64,000 nucleotides of DNA from an uncultured Verrucomicrobiae bacterium (GTDB lineage Bacteria > Verrucomicrobiota > Verrucomicrobiia > Palsa-1439), in the NCBI GenBank assembly GCA_963842185.1, contig CAWJFL010000022.1, positions 15,642 through 79,641 of the forward strand, given 5' to 3'. The stretch's first letter is position 1; each line of letters begins with the position of its first letter. The translations under genes and the position numbers were made by a program. A model generated the notes under the pieces. That model made no database searches, was not told the DNA's origin, and worked only from the letters and a program-made list of their open reading frames with translations. Positions 10,136 through 21,218 of the stretch are shown here, piece after piece.

Positions 10136-10168
10136 CGCGCTCGCTGATGCGAACGCGGTTTTTGTTTT
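10135..10168 (+). terminator. Riboswitch-controlled intrinsic terminator
   Basis: CCGCG-c-TCGC-tgat-GCGA-a-CGCGG followed by TTTTTGTTTT, 37 nt before the metH ATG. Confidence 0.75.
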
Positions 10169-10205
10169 CCCTGATGCCGACAGGCTGTTAACGTGGGCCA
10201 ATTCC

Positions 10206-13200
10206 ATGGGCAATCGCGACGAACGTACCAAGCTGCTGCAGTCATTGCTGGACGAACGCATCCTCGTGCTCGATGGCGCGATGGGCACGATGATCCAGCA
10301 GCGCAACCTTTCTGCCGACGACTTCGGCGGCCCCGCGCTCGAGGGCTGCAACGAAAACCTCGTGCTCACCCGGCCCGACGTGATCCTCGACATCCATCGC
10401 CAGTACTACGAGGCGGGCGCGGACATCGTCGAGACCGACACGTTCGGCAGCACGCCGCTCGTGCTCAACGAATACGGCCTCGCCGGCAAATGCCACGAGA
10501 TCAACGTCGCCGCCGCGACGCTCGCGCGTCGGGCCGCGGAAGAGTTTTCCACGCCCAAGAAACCGCGCTTCGTCGCCGCCTCCATCGGCCCGACGACCAA
10601 GGCCATCACGGTCACGGGCGGCGTGACGTTTGCGCAACTCATTGACAATTTCTATCAGCAGTCGCGCGGACTCGCCGAAGGCGGCGCCGACATCCTGCTT
10701 GTCGAGACCTGCCAGGACACGCGCAACATCAAGGCCGCACTCATCGGCATCCAGCAGGCTTTCGACGAACTCGGTTACAAACTCCCCATCATGGTCTCGG
10801 GCACAATCGAACCCATGGGAACGATGCTCGCCGGGCAGGCCGCCGACGCTCTCGTCGCGTCGCTCCAGCACGTCGACTTGCTCAGCATCGGCCTCAACTG
10901 CGCCGACCGGTCCCGAATTCATGACCGATCACATCCGCACCATCCATCAGATGGCCAACACGCGCGTCTCCTGCTATCCCAACGCGGGATTGCCGAACGA
11001 GGAAGGTCTGTATCTCGAAACGCCGACCTCCCTCGCCGCCGCATTGGAGCGCTTCGTGAAAAACGGCTGGCTCAACATCGTCGGCGGCTGTTGCGGCACC
11101 ACGCCCGCACACATCAAGGCCATCGCGCAGATGGTCGACGGGAAGCCTCCGCGCACATTCCGCGCGCCGCGCAAATCCTGGTACACCGGCATCGAACTCG
11201 TCGAGGCCACCGACGACAACCGCCCGCTCATCGTCGGCGAACGCACCAACGAAGTCGGCTCGCGCGCGTTCAAGCGTCTCATCACCGACGAGAAATTCGA
11301 GGAAGCCACCGAGATCGCCCGCGCCCAGGTCAAGAGCGGCGCGCACATCATCGACATCAACCTCGAAAACACCGACCGCGACGAGTTGGCCGACATCGAC
11401 CGCTTTTACGAGAAGGTCATCCACAAGGTCAAAGTGCCGTTCATGATCGACACGACGAACGCTCGCGCCATCGAGCGCGCGCTCACGTATTGCCTCGGCA
11501 AAAGCATCATCAACTCGATCAATTTCGAGGACGGCGAGGAAAAATTCCACAAGGTCCTGCCTCTCGTGAAGAAGTTCGGCGCGGCCCTCGTCATCGGCTC
11601 CATCGACGAGGACAAACTCCAGGCCCAGGCGATCACGCGCGAACGCAAACTCGCCGTCGCCCGGCGCGCCCGCGATTATTGCGTCGAGCGCGGGATTGCC
11701 GAGGAGGATTTGATTTTCGACGCGCTCGTGTTCCCCTGCGCCACCGGTGACGAAAATTACATCGGCAGCGCGGTCGAAACCATTGAGGGCGTGCGCCTGA
11801 TCAAACAGGCATTGCCGAAATGCAAGACCGTCCTCGGAGTGAGCAATGTCAGCTTCGGCCTGCCGCCCGCCGCGCGCGAGGTCATCAATTCCGTCTTTCT
11901 CTATCACGCAACGAAAGCCGGTCTGGACCTCGCCATCGTCAACGCCGAGAAGCTCGAGCGTTACGCCACGATCCCCGACAAGGAAAAGAAGCTCGTCGAA
12001 CATTTGCTCTGGAACCTGCCGTTCGCCGGCTTCGACGCGCCCGACGATTACCGCCAGCAATCGAAAGAACAGCGCGCCGCGATCAACCAGCATCACATCG
12101 CTGCCATCAACGAGCATTTCCGCACCGCCGAGAGCCGCGTGAAGAAGAAGACGTCCGACCTTCCGCTCGACGGTCGCCTCGCGAATTACATCCTTGAAGG
12201 CTCGAAGGAAGGTCTCATCGCCGACCTGCAGTTAAAACTCAAGGAAGCCGGGCCGCTCGACATCATCAACGGCCCGCTCATGGACCGGCATGAAGGAAGT
12301 GGGGCGGCTGTTCAACGCCAACGAGCTGATCGTCGCCGAGGTGCTGCAAAGCGCCGAGGCCATGAAGGCCGCCGTCGCGCACCTCGAACAATTCATGGAG
12401 AAGAAAGCCGACTCGACGAAGGGCAAGGTCCTGCTCGCCACCGTCAAGGGCGACGTGCACGACATCGGCAAAAACCTGGTCGAGATCATTCTCTCGAACA
12501 ACGGGTTCAACGTCATCAATCTCGGCATCAAAGTTCCGCCCGAGGAGCTGATCAAGGCGTACCGCGAACACAAGCCCGACGCGATCGGCTTGTCCGGCCT
12601 GCTCGTGAAAAGCGCCCAGCAGATGGTCATCACCGCGGGCGACCTGAAACAGGCGGGGATCACTGTCCCGTTGCTCGTCGGCGGTGCCGCCCTCAGCGAC
12701 AAGTTTACCCGCACCCGCATCTCGCCCAGTTATGAGCGGGTCGTCGTGTATTGCAAGGACGCCATGACCGGCCTGTCGATCATGAACCGGCTCATGGACC
12801 CCGCCGAACGCGACAAGGTCGCGACGGAACACAAACCCGTCGCCGTCGCCGCCGCCGCGGAGGACAAGGAAGAATTTCCCGAAACGACCACGCGCAGCTC
12901 ACGCGTGCGGATCCTGCCGCCGCACCCCGCGCCCTACGCCGACCGCAAAGTGCGCGACGTGCCGCAACTCCGCGAGCTGTGGGAATACATCAATCCCCAG
13001 ATGCTGTACGTCCGCCATCTCGGGTTCAAATCCAATTTCGAGAAGGCGCTGACCGCCCGCGACCCGAAAGCGCTGGAATTGCAGAGCCTCGTCGACGACG
13101 TGAAAGCCGAGGCCGCCAAATTCATGAAGGTCAAAGCCGTGTGGCAATTTTTTGATGCCGCTGCTGAGGGCAACGACATCAAGCTTTCAGCCGTCAGCGC

Positions 13201-13717
13201 TCAGCCATCAGCCGCACCACTGCATACATTTCACTTCCACCGCCAGCGGAAGCCAGATGGGTTGTGCTTGAGCGATTACGTCAATCCACCCAAAGACAGC
13301 GTCGCCCTCTTCGTCGTCGGCGCCGGGGCCGGCATCCGTCAACGCGCCGAGGAATACAAAGCCAAAGGCAAATACCTCAAATCACACGCCCTGCAAGCGC
13401 TGGCCATCGAGACCGCCGAAGGCTGTGCCGAGTGGCTGCACCGTCGGATTCGCGAAGACTGGGGTTTCCCCGATCCCGCCGAGACGACCATGATCGACCG
13501 GTTCCAAGCCCGCTACCAAGGCAAACGCTACAGCTTCGGCTACCCCGCCTGCCCCGCGCTGGAGGATCAGGCTGGGATTTGGAAATTGTTGAAGCCGGAG
13601 GACATCGGCGTACAATTGACCGAAGGCTTCATGATGGACCCGGAGGCAAGCGTCTCAGCACTTGTTTTCCATCATCCGGATTGTGCATATTTTGGTGTTG
13701 GTGATGTCACCGACTAG
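10206..13717 (+). CDS. metH: Cobalamin-dependent methionine synthase, with two +1 frameshifts (~10904, ~12286) in the assembly
   Basis: VLDGAMGT, ETDTFG, GLNC, VGGCCGT, GERTN, GDVHDIGKNLV B12-binding motif, RYSFGYPACP reactivation domain; ORFs 10119..11750, 10630..12735 and 12290..13717 join in order. Confidence 0.95.
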
Positions 13718-13768
13718 TCTGCGAACTGCATCGACAGCAACGTGCAGTGCGTGTAGATTACTGTGGTC

Positions 13769-14368
13769 ATGAAGGAAGACACCTTTAACGACGAGTTGTT
13801 TACTTACTTTCAGTACCGTTACGACACAGAGTTTGAGCGCAGTCAGAGCTTGGTTGATAGGATGAATCTCGGCCTTGGCGTGCTCTCCGTCTTAGGTGGC
13901 CTTGCCGCTTATCTTCTGTCGTCGTTCAAGTTTAGCCCTTTCTACTGGAGGCATCTCTGTTTCTATATTCCGCTCGCTATCGGCGCTGCATTTCTGCTCA
14001 AGTCCCTGTGGCACTTCGGCAGTGCCCTCGCCAGAGGTTGGAGTTACATTCACGTCCCAACCGCACTTAGGTTGGGTCAGTACGTCGACGAGATGAAAGC
14101 GGCCAACGATGCCACTGACCCTGATACCCTCGCCAGCATCCGTGGGGAATTTATCAATATCGTTGCTGAGCGCTACAAGGAATGTGCTACGGTAAACTGG
14201 TATTTGAACATTGAGAGACAAACACAAATCTTACGGCTATATCGATGGGCAATGCTATCACTGCTACTGCTTCTCCTGACATCCGTGGCGTTTCTTGTGT
14301 TCAAGGGCGACTTTCCAGTTGAAACGACACCGGTGAAAATAGTCAACCCCGTGGAGATAATCCGATGA
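13769..14368 (+). CDS. Hypothetical membrane protein (about 3 TM helices), lower GC
   Basis: 199-aa ORF with hydrophobic segments; overlaps the next ORF by ATGA. Confidence 0.7.
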   Translation: MKEDTFNDELFTYFQYRYDTEFERSQSLVDRMNLGLGVLSVLGGLAAYLLSSFKFSPFYWRHLCFYIPLAIGAAFLLKSLWHFGSALARGWSYIHVPTALRLGQYVDEMKAANDATDPDTLASIRGEFINIVAERYKECATVNWYLNIERQTQILRLYRWAMLSLLLLLLTSVAFLVFKGDFPVETTPVKIVNPVEIIR

Positions 14369-14622
14369 GCAACGAAACAGTCACTCCGTCACCTCCAGAT
14401 CCGAAACCCCGTCAGGAGGTCGATAAGGCCGCTGCGAAAGCTTCTGCTGCGCCACCGAAGAAACCGTTCGTAAAGGTGGCCGTCCCCCTGAATATGACTG
14501 TCATTGAAGCGGCGCGAGCTGCCGAGGACGTAGTCGACGAACTGAAACGAAACTCAAACAAATCGGCAGAGCAAATAATTCAAGAGGTTGTCGAAAAACG
14601 TAAGCAGCAGGAAAAGGAGTGA
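14365..14622 (+). CDS. Small hypothetical protein, translationally coupled to the previous gene
   Basis: ATGA start/stop overlap, Pro-rich N-terminus, charged helical C-terminus. Confidence 0.55.
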   Translation: MSNETVTPSPPDPKPRQEVDKAAAKASAAPPKKPFVKVAVPLNMTVIEAARAAEDVVDELKRNSNKSAEQIIQEVVEKRKQQEKE

Positions 14623-14759
14623 GCGCGAACCGTCGGGCTGCGCTGACCAAGAGACTCCCGTCTGGCGAGCGTGGATAGGGGTCACGCGTAAACACCGATA
14701 CATTTGCAGCTCTGCCCATCTCCCCGCCTTCTTCCTGTGGTTGTTCGGGTCGCACAGGC

Positions 14760-15023
14760 TCAACGGAAGTACAGTTTCTCGACAATCACGACGCACAGCG
14801 CAAGTCCTAATCCCCAGAGGGCACCGCAGAACAACAACCATGCCGCCGTGCGTTCCCGCTGCTTCATCTGTTCCGCGTGAACTTCCTTGAGACGGGCGAT
14901 TTCCTGCGCATGACGCTCCTCCGTGGCGCGGGCTTCCTCACGGAGACGTTCGACGTGCTCCTTGGAGATCGGGGTGCTTCCGTGCTCTCGAATCAGTTTA
15001 TCAACCAATTCCACAAGTGCCAT
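14760..15023 (-). CDS. Small coiled-coil protein with C-terminal TM helix
   Basis: MALVELVDKLIREHG...coiled coil...WLLFCGALWGLGLALCVVIV. Confidence 0.5.
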   Translation of the reverse strand: MALVELVDKLIREHGSTPISKEHVERLREEARATEERHAQEIARLKEVHAEQMKQRERTAAWLLFCGALWGLGLALCVVIVEKLYFR

Positions 15024-15216
15024 AATGCGGTCCCTCCGGTCGGTCGGGGTTGTCGGTTGACTGGCATCGACCCGAATCCTGCCACGGGAGGGCCGCTTCC
15101 CGAAAGCCAAAACCGGCTGATCCAGCACCGCGAAGGTCGGCCTCCGCTTAGCCACCACACTTGCAATCGCCTCTTCCTGTCACTACACTTTGCCGATGAC
15201 CATGAAGAATTCAGCC

Positions 15217-15690
15217 ATGATGTTGCATCGATTTGCCGCCACGTATGCACTTGTTCTCGCGCTTGTCGCCTTTGCGACGGGCTGCTCGCAGAGCGTAGAA
15301 CCCAAACCAACCGAAACGACAGCGCCACCGGCCATCGCCTCGGCGCCGCAACCAGGAGCCACTGTGACCGAATTGAAAATGGAAGATACCAAGGTCGGCA
15401 CGGGCGACCAAGCCGTGACGGGCAAGAGCGTGACGGTGCATTATACGGGCTGGCTCACCGACGGCACCAAGTTTGATTCGTCCAAGGACCACGGACAGCC
15501 GTTCACCTTCCAACTGGGAGGCGGTCAGGTCATCAAGGGCTGGGACCAGGGCGTTGTGGGAATGAAGGTGGGCGGTGTTCGCAAACTCACCATCCCGCCC
15601 AGCCTGGCCTATGGCGCACGGGGCGCGGGCGGCGTGATTCCTCCCAATGCGACGCTCGTGTTCGAGGTGGAACTCCTGGCTGTGAACTGA
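15217..15690 (+). CDS. FKBP-type peptidyl-prolyl isomerase, lipoprotein
   Basis: Lipobox AFATG-C; [40 protein letters not shown]. Confidence 0.93.
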   Translation: MMLHRFAATYALVLALVAFATGCSQSVEPKPTETTAPPAIASAPQPGATVTELKMEDTKVGTGDQAVTGKSVTVHYTGWLTDGTKFDSSKDHGQPFTFQLGGGQVIKGWDQGVVGMKVGGVRKLTIPPSLAYGARGAGGVIPPNATLVFEVELLAVN

Positions 15691-15720
15691 ATCTAGCGAT
15701 TGCGGCGGGCGCTCCCGAAC

Positions 15721-16092
15721 ATGAAACGATTGGTGTCGATAGTCCTTCTGGTGGTACTGACTCTGGGGTGTCATACCACACCATCGAAGAAGGACGAGGA
15801 AAAGACGCGAGCCAAACAACTGCAGCTTGATGAGGCAAGGCGTCGTCTACACTACATCGAAGCTAATCCCGATCTTTCGCCGGCGGTCAAGAAAGCCATT
15901 GCGCACGGAGATGTTCTGCCCGGAATGACCGAGTCCGATGTCCGCGCCTCCATCGGGGAACCCGACGAAATCAGTTCCACCGAGACCAACCCTGGCAATC
16001 ATGAGCAGTGGTACTATAAGACCGGATCGCCCGGTAGGGAGTACCTGTCTCTCGATGACGGCGTGCTCACCAGTTGGCGATCGGCCCATTAG
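15721..16092 (+). CDS. Lipoprotein with SmpA/BamE-like domain
   Basis: Lipobox LTLG-C; GMTESDVRASIGEPD...EQWYY. Confidence 0.75.
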   Translation: MKRLVSIVLLVVLTLGCHTTPSKKDEEKTRAKQLQLDEARRRLHYIEANPDLSPAVKKAIAHGDVLPGMTESDVRASIGEPDEISSTETNPGNHEQWYYKTGSPGREYLSLDDGVLTSWRSAH

Positions 16093-16102
16093 GCAGGGCA
16101 CG

Positions 16103-16372
16103 ATGGCTGATTGGGAAGTTTTGCCGAAAGAAGAGTCCACACCGCCCGTGGCTCAACCGCGCGTGTCCGTCTCGCGTAAGCCGCGGCTTATCGCGGCATT
16201 CGTCGTCGCGGCGCTGTTCTTCATCCTCGGTCGACAATGGGTCATTCTTCCCGCGCTGATTGCCGAAGCCATTCCCGGTTTGGCCGTCTTCCCCTTCTGG
16301 CTACTTGTCGTCGGCTCGATCGCCCTCTGGGGGACGGTCAAGCCGTTGCGCAAACAGCCGCCCCGGTCATGA
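16103..16372 (+). CDS. Small 2-TM membrane protein
   Basis: 89-aa ORF directly after the lipoprotein gene, two hydrophobic helices. Confidence 0.6.
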   Translation: MADWEVLPKEESTPPVAQPRVSVSRKPRLIAAFVVAALFFILGRQWVILPALIAEAIPGLAVFPFWLLVVGSIALWGTVKPLRKQPPRS

Positions 16373-16537
16373 AAGTTTGATGGCGACCCGTTGCGGCTTC
16401 CCTTGGAATCCGAGACTGGCTTCCAGCCTCCTCACCCGCCGATCAAGATTCCAGTTCCTGATAGCCACAACCACGATCAGCGCCAATGTCACCAGTTCCA
16501 TGAAACGCTCCGCCAGCCTTATCAGTTTCATATCCAT
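16367..16537 (-). CDS. Small single-TM protein
   Basis: MDMKLIRLAERFMELVTLALIVVVAIRNW, 56 aa. Confidence 0.4.
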   Translation of the reverse strand: MDMKLIRLAERFMELVTLALIVVVAIRNWNLDRRVRRLEASLGFQGKPQRVAIKLS

Positions 16538-16645
16538 GGGCGGAGGATACCACACATTTGTGTGGTGTCAAGCCCGGCTCGATGGGATTGATTATTTTCG
16601 GCATCAAATAACCGATGATTGAGGCTCCCGGCCCCACGCTGATGG

Positions 16646-17503
16646 TCAATACGTAATCGAGGCCAGGAACGATCCGGTCGGTCGGTTGTACAGCCCCGTG
16701 CTCATCAGGGTCATCGGTTGCGTCACCCGCAGTCCATGCGCCAGGCACCAGCGGAACAGCGCGGCGTTGCGGGTGGGCAGGAGGAAGCCCGGGCCCGCAA
16801 AACCCGGTGCGGCGCCGATCAGCGCTTTCAGTTCCTCATTGGTTTCGCCAACCGCATAGCCAAAGAAACCAACGATCGACGCGCAACCCGTGATGCGACC
16901 AAAATGCTCCACGACGGTCGCTGTCCCGCGATGGATCGCGTCGCGCAATTCCCCGCTCCGACGGTGGCCGTGAACCTGGCGGCAGACGCGATCACAAGCG
17001 GTCAGATCCGCCTCCGTGGCCGGTCGGACAGCGTACCCGGACACCGTGAGATTCAGCGCCGGGCCCTGGATACATGCGAGCGGTTCGCGAACGTCAAACC
17101 CAAGCTTGGTATACAGCGAAAGCGACCGGTTGTGGAACGCGGCCTGGACCAGCCGCACGCCGGGAAATCTCCTCTCGGCGGCGCGAGCCATCACATTTTC
17201 CATGAGCCGACGGCCGATCATCTTGTTCTGCGCGCCCGGATCAACGGTGACCGGCCCGACGCCCGCGATGTCGTTGCGCTCATCCAGGATGTTGCTGCCA
17301 ACAATTTGCCCGTCCACCTCGGCGACGACGGTATAAAACCCCGGATGCGAGAACATCCATCCCAGGATTTCGGTTGCCACTTCAACCGATGGTATGTCGG
17401 GAGTAAAATTGTGCGCCTCGGAAATCGTCTTGAACGCCTCGTAACAAATCGTGGCGCAGACCTTGACATCCTCGGGTTTCCCGGGTCGCAGCGTGACGTT
17501 CAT
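16646..17503 (-). CDS. GNAT-family N-acetyltransferase
   Basis: VGPVTVDPGAQNKMIGRRLM acetyl-CoA motif A, SLSLYTKLGF. Confidence 0.88.
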   Translation of the reverse strand: MNVTLRPGKPEDVKVCATICYEAFKTISEAHNFTPDIPSVEVATEILGWMFSHPGFYTVVAEVDGQIVGSNILDERNDIAGVGPVTVDPGAQNKMIGRRLMENVMARAAERRFPGVRLVQAAFHNRSLSLYTKLGFDVREPLACIQGPALNLTVSGYAVRPATEADLTACDRVCRQVHGHRRSGELRDAIHRGTATVVEHFGRITGCASIVGFFGYAVGETNEELKALIGAAPGFAGPGFLLPTRNAALFRWCLAHGLRVTQPMTLMSTGLYNRPTGSFLASITY

Positions 17504-17638
17504 ACCAGCAATATTTAGTGCGAAGGAGATTGCCCAGCAAGTCCAGAATGTCGTTTGCCAACCGGCCCTTCTCTCCAGTTGCCTTTTCTCCATAAATCCG
17601 TTAGAAGAATCTCCGGAGAAGCACCGGAGCAACCAACC

Positions 17639-19975
17639 ATGACCAACTCATACCGATGGCGTTTCTTTCGCGCGGGCGGATTCGACCAGGTGAAACTGGA
17701 CCGCGGGGCTGACCTCGCCCACCTCGACGAACTCGACCAGAAATTGTGGGTCGCGCTGGCCTGCCCGACGCGCGGGATCGAATTCGACACGAAAACGCTC
17801 GATCTCGTCGACACGGACAAGGACGGGCGGATTCGCGCCCCGGAAATCATCGCGGCGGCGAAATGGGCGGCTGGTTGCTTGAAAAACCCCGACGACCTGT
17901 TGAAATCGTCCCCTGCCCTGCCCTTGACCGCCATCAACGACGCGACGCCCGAAGGCAAAACATTGTTGTCATCCGCGCGGCAAATCCTGTCCGATCTCGG
18001 CAAGAAGAGCGCGCCGGAGATCACCGTCGAGGACACCGCCGACACGACGAAGATTTTCTCGCAGACGAATTTCAACGGCGACGGCATCGTTCCCGTCGAT
18101 GCCGCGTCCGACGACGCCACCAAGGTGGTCATCACCGACATCATCAATTGTCTCGGCGCGGAAACCGACCGCAGCGGCAAGCCGGGCATCAATCAGGCCA
18201 AGCTCGACCGGTTTTTCGCGGACGCGGCGGCCTATTCGGACTGGTGGAAGAAAGCCGAGGGCGACGTGAACGTCCTGCCGCTCGGCGACGCAACCCCGGC
18301 TGCGGCGACCACGCTTAAGGCGGTCAAGGTGAAGATCGACGATTATTTTGCCCGGTGCCGGCTCGCGGCGTTCGACGCGCGTTCGCTCGGCGCATTGAAC
18401 CGGGAGGAAAAGGAATACCTCGCGCTGGGCGCCAAAGATCTCACCATCACCTCCGCAGAGGTCGCGGGTTTCCCGCTGTCGCGCATCGAAGCCGACCGTC
18501 CACTGCCTCTCAAAGCGGGCGTGAATCCAGCTTGGGCCGGCGCACTCGCGCAATTCCAGACCGACGTCGTGAAACCACTCATTGGTGACAAGGCAGCACT
18601 CACCGAGGCTGATTGGGCCGTGGTATTGGGTAAATTCGCTGGCTACGACGCCTGGGCCGCAAGCAAGGCGGGCGCGTCGGTCGAGAAACTCGCCATCAAG
18701 CGCGTGCGGGAGATTCTGTCGGGCAAGGCCAAGGACATCATCACGGCCCTGATCGCGAAAGACAAGGCATTGGAGCCCGAGTTCAATTCGATTTCGGCGG
18801 TGGATCGCCTGACGCGCTACCATCGCGACCTCTACAAGCTGCTGGTCAACTTCGTTTCGTTCCGCGACTTTTATGGACGCAAGGCGAAGGCCGTTTTTCA
18901 GGCCGGGACGCTGTACCTTGACCAACGGAGCTGCGAGCTGTGCGTCCGCGTGGAGGACATCGCCAAGCACAGCCTCATGGCGGCGTTGAGCGGTTCGTAT
19001 CTTGCCTATTGCGAGTGCACACGCAAGAGCACGGGCGAGACGATGACCATCGCGGCGGCGTTCACCGATGGCGACTCGGACAACCTGATGGTTGGGCGCA
19101 ACGGCATCTTCTATGACCGCGCGGGCCGGGACTGGGACGCCACCATCGTCAAATTGGTCGACAATCCGATCAGCCTGCGCCAGGCCTTCTGGTCCCCCTA
19201 CAAGAAGCTGGTGCGGATGATTGAAGAGCAGGTCGCCAAGCGGGCCGCTGTCGCTGACGCGGCCACGAATACGCAGTTGGCGCAAACGGCGGAGCAGACC
19301 GCGAACGCCGAGAAAGCCACGACCGCCGCCGCCGCACAGCAGGCGAAGAGATTCGACGTTGGCACGGTGGCCGCGTTGGGCGTCGCGCTCGGTTCGCTGG
19401 CCACGGCGTCCGGCCTGATCTTCGCGAAACTGGCGGATATCGCGCCGTGGAAGATGTTATTTATTCTCCTGGCAGTCATCCTGGTGATCTCGCTGCCGGC
19501 CGTGATTATCGCGGCGTTAAAACTCCGCAAGCGCAACCTCGGCCCGATTCTCGACGCCAACGGCTGGGCCGTCAACGCCAAGGCCAAGATCAACATTCCG
19601 TTCGGCGCGTCGCTGACGGGGGTGGCCGCGCTGCCGCCGGGCGCGCAGCGTGATTTAACCGACCCCTTTGCCGAGAGCCACGCAGGACGCAACAAATTGA
19701 TTGTCGTGCTCGTCCTGCTGGGTGTGCTGGGGAGCATGTGGTATTTCGGCTGCGTGTTGAACTATCTGCCACAGGGCCTGCAAGACGCGTTGCCGAAGTC
19801 CGGTTACGTCCAGCGCAAAGAGCAGCGCCAAGCCGAAGCAAAGGCCAGAGCCGCTGCGGCAGCGACGCCAGCCACCGCACCTGCACCTGCTCCGCCGCCC
19901 GCTCCTGCGGCACCGCAGCCTCCACCTGCGCCAGCACCGGCCCCGGCTCCCGCACCGGTACCGGCGACACCATAA
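17639..19975 (+). CDS. Large hypothetical membrane protein with EF-hand loop and Pro/Ala tail
   Basis: DTDKDGRIRAPE canonical EF-hand loop; C-terminal TM helices; (PA)n tail. Confidence 0.8.
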   Translation: MTNSYRWRFFRAGGFDQVKLDRGADLAHLDELDQKLWVALACPTRGIEFDTKTLDLVDTDKDGRIRAPEIIAAAKWAAGCLKNPDDLLKSSPALPLTAINDATPEGKTLLSSARQILSDLGKKSAPEITVEDTADTTKIFSQTNFNGDGIVPVDAASDDATKVVITDIINCLGAETDRSGKPGINQAKLDRFFADAAAYSDWWKKAEGDVNVLPLGDATPAAATTLKAVKVKIDDYFARCRLAAFDARSLGALNREEKEYLALGAKDLTITSAEVAGFPLSRIEADRPLPLKAGVNPAWAGALAQFQTDVVKPLIGDKAALTEADWAVVLGKFAGYDAWAASKAGASVEKLAIKRVREILSGKAKDIITALIAKDKALEPEFNSISAVDRLTRYHRDLYKLLVNFVSFRDFYGRKAKAVFQAGTLYLDQRSCELCVRVEDIAKHSLMAALSGSYLAYCECTRKSTGETMTIAAAFTDGDSDNLMVGRNGIFYDRAGRDWDATIVKLVDNPISLRQAFWSPYKKLVRMIEEQVAKRAAVADAATNTQLAQTAEQTANAEKATTAAAAQQAKRFDVGTVAALGVALGSLATASGLIFAKLADIAPWKMLFILLAVILVISLPAVIIAALKLRKRNLGPILDANGWAVNAKAKINIPFGASLTGVAALPPGAQRDLTDPFAESHAGRNKLIVVLVLLGVLGSMWYFGCVLNYLPQGLQDALPKSGYVQRKEQRQAEAKARAAAAATPATAPAPAPPPAPAAPQPPPAPAPAPAPAPVPATP

Positions 19976-20015
19976 GTGGTCGCAACCCGACGCGGTTGCG
20001 GTTAGAGTGTGGAGT

Positions 20016-21218
20016 ATGGGCAATGCGGCAACCGCCACCGACGAGTTTGTTCAGCACGCAACCGAGAGTCTCGGCGACGGCTCGTTTGTGCGGCTCGTAC
20101 TGTCACGTTGCGTCGATCCCGTAGACGCACCCGAAAAGGTGATTGGACGGCTTGTCGAGTTGAAGGCCGGCCCGCACTTGTCATTTACGTTCCGCTATCC
20201 GACGCGCGACACCACCAAGAACATGCCGCTTGATCAGGCTGCGGTCTGGGTGAAGGAGCAGATTGGGGTTCGGTTCCGCAGCGCCCTCCTCAACACAACC
20301 AAGCGGGACTGGCAACTGTTTGTCGAGGATTCGGGGGCCGCAAAGCTTGTCGCGCACAAGCCTTCCAAGGCCGAGGCGCCGTCCCGCGAGCACGACAGGC
20401 CACGACAGGCGATTCTCGATGATTCCGCGCGCGATTGGTTGCGCGGTCTGGGTGTCCTGAATGAACGGGGCAACATTCGCCCCACGATGGCGGACAAACA
20501 CGCCCAGATCAACCGTTACCTGGAGATATTCACGCATCTGGCGAAAGACTGTGGCTGGCTGGAGCGCGAGAGCGGTTGTCCGACCATCGTCGACATGGGT
20601 TGCGGCAAGGGGTATCTGACGTTTGGCCTGTGGCACTTGTTTGCGCGGGTGTGGAAGCGGCCCGTGAAGGTGATGGGCGTCGAGGTGCGCGCGGAATTGG
20701 TCAATTCGGCTAATGCGTTGGCACGGCAGATCGGGGCGGAAGGACTGGAGTTTGCCGCCGGCACCATCGAAAATGCCCAGTTACCGATCGTCGATGCACT
20801 GATCGCCCTGCACGCCTGTAACACGGCCACGGACGACGCGATCCGACGCGGCGTCGGCGCGGGCGCACAATTGATCATCGTCGCGCCCTGCTGTCACAAG
20901 GAGGTGCGGCCCCAACTCGGGCGACCGGCTCCCCTGGCAGCGGTGCTCGAACACGGGATCATGACGGAACGAATGGCGGAATGGGCCACGGATGGCCTGC
21001 GCGCGCTGTTTCTCGAATGGGCGGGTTATCGCACCAAAATGATCGAATTTGTTTCCACGGAACACACACCCAAGAACCTGATGATTGCGGCGGTGCGCGA
21101 CGGCAAGCCATTTGTATCGACCGTGGCCCGCGCACGGATCGAGCAATTCAAAGAATTCTTCGGCATCCACCACCACGCGCTGGATGAATGGTTGCGCCAT
21201 GGACTGGCAGACCATTGA
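20016..21218 (+). CDS. SAM-dependent methyltransferase (Methyltrans_32-like)
   Basis: IVDMGCGKGYLTF, ALHACNTATD, VAPCCH. Confidence 0.88.
   Translation: MGNAATATDEFVQHATESLGDGSFVRLVLSRCVDPVDAPEKVIGRLVELKAGPHLSFTFRYPTRDTTKNMPLDQAAVWVKEQIGVRFRSALLNTTKRDWQLFVEDSGAAKLVAHKPSKAEAPSREHDRPRQAILDDSARDWLRGLGVLNERGNIRPTMADKHAQINRYLEIFTHLAKDCGWLERESGCPTIVDMGCGKGYLTFGLWHLFARVWKRPVKVMGVEVRAELVNSANALARQIGAEGLEFAAGTIENAQLPIVDALIALHACNTATDDAIRRGVGAGAQLIIVAPCCHKEVRPQLGRPAPLAAVLEHGIMTERMAEWATDGLRALFLEWAGYRTKMIEFVSTEHTPKNLMIAAVRDGKPFVSTVARARIEQFKEFFGIHHHALDEWLRHGLADH

Noticed and set aside
10206-13717. Programmed frameshifting or pseudogenisation of metH, lysA, the decarboxylase or the CBS gene
   Set aside because: Indels sit in 2-3 base G/C runs with no slippery heptamer or stimulatory structure, and the flanking sequence is otherwise intact; sequencing error is simpler
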